A stretch of 64,000 nt of DNA from Squalus acanthias. Its lineage: Eukaryota. The notes below the pieces were generated by a model. It saw nothing but the letters and a program-made list of their open reading frames with translations, did not search any database and was not told where the DNA came from. Of this stretch, positions 61,719 through 64,000 are shown one piece after another (positions within the stretch are counted from its first letter, which is position 1; each line of letters opens with the position of its first letter). The stretch lies in contig CM059433.1 of NCBI GenBank assembly GCA_030390025.1, positions 30,444,001 to 30,508,000 of the forward strand, given 5' to 3'. A program made the position numbers and the translations under genes.

Positions 61719-62716
61719 CCACCTGAATAGAATGTCTAGGTAAATAAGTGCACCATCTAGTCTGTTGGTTTGAATTCCCATTCTATAGTTAAAATTAGCA
61801 ATGTTAACTTCTTTAACTGAGACCAAATCAAACTATCGATGGAGGTGGACAGCATTTGCAATTTTCAGGGCTGAGGTGGTGATGGTGGGAGGTGGGGGCA
61901 GGGAAGAGGCTCTGTTGGAAGGAAGTGACAAATTCATTGGCCGGTTAACCTGTGACAGGGTATAATGAAGCTCACCGTGTGAATGCTTCTATCGTCCAAA
62001 ATCCAACACTTGATTGATAGGAAAATTAAACGTCAACTAGGATTGTTTGTAAGGTAATAAAATGATGAAAGGCCTGTCAGAGTTAAGTGTGATTGTCTAC
62101 CTTTCCCCTTGCAGACAGAAAGATAATTGCTGCATGTCAGCGCACTCCACTATTTGCTTTGATGCCTGGGTTCCTTCCAATGGCAAAGGATCGCCTTCAT
62201 TAGAGCCAGCAGTTCACTTGCTTACTGGAGTGTGACCTCAATGGAGAAAATGCTCCAAGCACTGCAACCACTGATGTCCAGGGCACAATTATTTAACTGA
62301 TGCCAATCAAACATCTGACATGCCAACCTGAACCTCCTCTGAACTTCAGGCATCTCTCAATCAGCAAGGGCGCCAATAACAACCATTAACTCCCCCAGAA
62401 AATGTCAAAGCTATAATGAGCACCATACACTTGTGTCAGGTGAAGGTATGCACGACCTGCAATATTTCCTTCCATTTCTTCAGTTTATTGTGACTCCTCT
62501 TGTCCAGAAAAGTTTTCAAGTAAACATAACTGGTAGGGAGCACGGGTCGGAAAATGGGGGCTGCAGTGTTGACACATGCTACCTATGCGTGCAGTTCCCA
62601 CTGGATGTGTAAGATCATGGAATTATCTTTAACATTTAGGAATAATTGTGGGCTCTCGTTATATTTTGAATCATATAGACAGATTTAATATTTCTTTCTA
62701 CTTAATTTTGTCTGAA

Positions 62717-63100
62717 AGATTGAACAGGCTGGGGCTCTAGAAAAGAAAAGGCCGAGGGGGTGACCTGATCGAGGCCTTCATCTTATGAAAGGGTTTTATA
62801 GGGTAGACGGAGATAAGATAATCACCAATAAATCCAGTGGGGAATTCAGGAGAAACCTCTTCATCCAGAGAGTGGTGAGAATGTGGAACTCGCTACCACA
62901 GGGAGTGGTTGAGGCGAATAGCATAGACGCATTTAAGGGGAAGCTAGATAAACACATGAGGGAGAAAGGAATAGAAGGATATGCTGATAGAGTTAGATGA
63001 AAAGGAGTGGGAGGAGGCTCATGTGGAGCATAAACACCGGCATGGATTTGATGGGCCGAGTGGCCTGTTTCTGTGGTGTACATTCCATGTAACTCTATAT
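62717..63100 (+). mobile_element. CR1 3' fragment flanked by an about 87-bp direct duplication
   Basis: RRNLFIQRVVRMWNSLP motif; flanks 62630-62716 and 63102-63189 are similar. Confidence 0.82.
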
Positions 63101-63222
63101 ATAACACTAAGGCAATAATTGTGCGATCCCATTATACTTTGAATCATATGGACAGATTTAATATTTCTTTCCATTTAATTTTGCCTGAATTAGCAATGTC
63201 TCAAATACTCCTCAATGAAATA

Positions 63223-63495
63223 TAACAACAACAACTTGTATTTATATAGTGCCTTTAACGTAGTAAAACGTCCCAAGGCACTTCACAGGAGTATTAAAAG
63301 ACAAAACAATTTGACACTGAGCCACTTAAGGAGAAATTAGGACAGGTGACCAAAAGCTTGATCAAAGAGGTAGGTTTTAAGGAGCGTCTTAAAGGAGAAA
63401 AGAGAGGTAGCGAGGCGGAGAGGTTTAGGCAGGGAATTCCAGAGCTTAGGGCCTGGTTGAACGATTATAGTCAGGGATGCTCAAGAAGGTAGAAT
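63223..63495 (-). mobile_element. L2 3' fragment
   Basis: (CAA)n tail; collinear with 48703-48990. Confidence 0.78.
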
Positions 63496-64000
63496 TGCAG
63501 AATGCTGCAAGTTTGATATAACGTCAACCTTCTAGTGCTCTCCTGTAGCATAGAGACCATCCACCTTTGAGATTCTCCCTGTCTAAGTCTTGTGACGTAG
63601 TTTCTTCATGACCACACCAGTTTGGATGAAGGGTTACACCCATGTCAGGCAAGAGTATTAAGGGTTACAGAACCAAGGTGGGTAGATAAAGTTAAGATGC
63701 AGATCAGCCGTGATCTAATTGAATGGCGGAGCAGGCTTGAGTGGCTGAATGGGCTACTCCTGTTCCTATGAAAGTCGCGATATAAATGCAAGATCTTTCT
63801 ATGCGTGGAAGAGCAGGTTTGGTGGGCGTTGCCTCCAATTTTGACACCTTTCTTTCAAAGGGTCTAACTTATGTGTTCTCTCTCCAGATGCTGACCAACC
63901 TGCAGCATTTTCTGGTTTTGTTTTCTTATTGCAAAACTCACAGCTTCTCCTCTATGACATCTCCTAACAGTGTGACCAGGATTTGGCGCTTGCAATGTGA

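Overview
Eukaryotic, repeat-dominated genomic DNA, very probably from a cartilaginous fish (inferred from the repeat families). No host protein-coding gene can be identified with confidence; there are only a few weak minus-strand exon candidates. Most of the window is nested mobile DNA: (1) many CR1 LINE copies, including a young near-complete one (50334-54098) with an SGNH-esterase ORF1 and an APE-RT ORF2; (2) a second CR1-like LINE family with a tRNA-Thr-derived 5' head, plus short derivatives; (3) L2 fragments and Deu-domain SINEs; (4) an RTE LINE with a twin-priming-type 5' inversion; (5) Penelope-like fragments carrying minimal hammerhead ribozyme motifs; (6) a 1.76-kb solo LTR; (7) nine PIF/Harbinger MITEs with paired ends, plus decayed Harbinger transposase and Myb/SANT genes. 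The most notable signals are a U_UUA_AAC slippery heptamer at the CR1 ORF1 stop leading into an ATG-less ORF2 (candidate -1 ribosomal frameshift), a fold-back hammerhead-bearing Penelope insertion, the tRNA-headed LINE/SINE pair, and recurrent splice donors and family-specific subterminal motifs in the Harbinger MITEs. Family assignments come from motif recognition by eye, not database searches.
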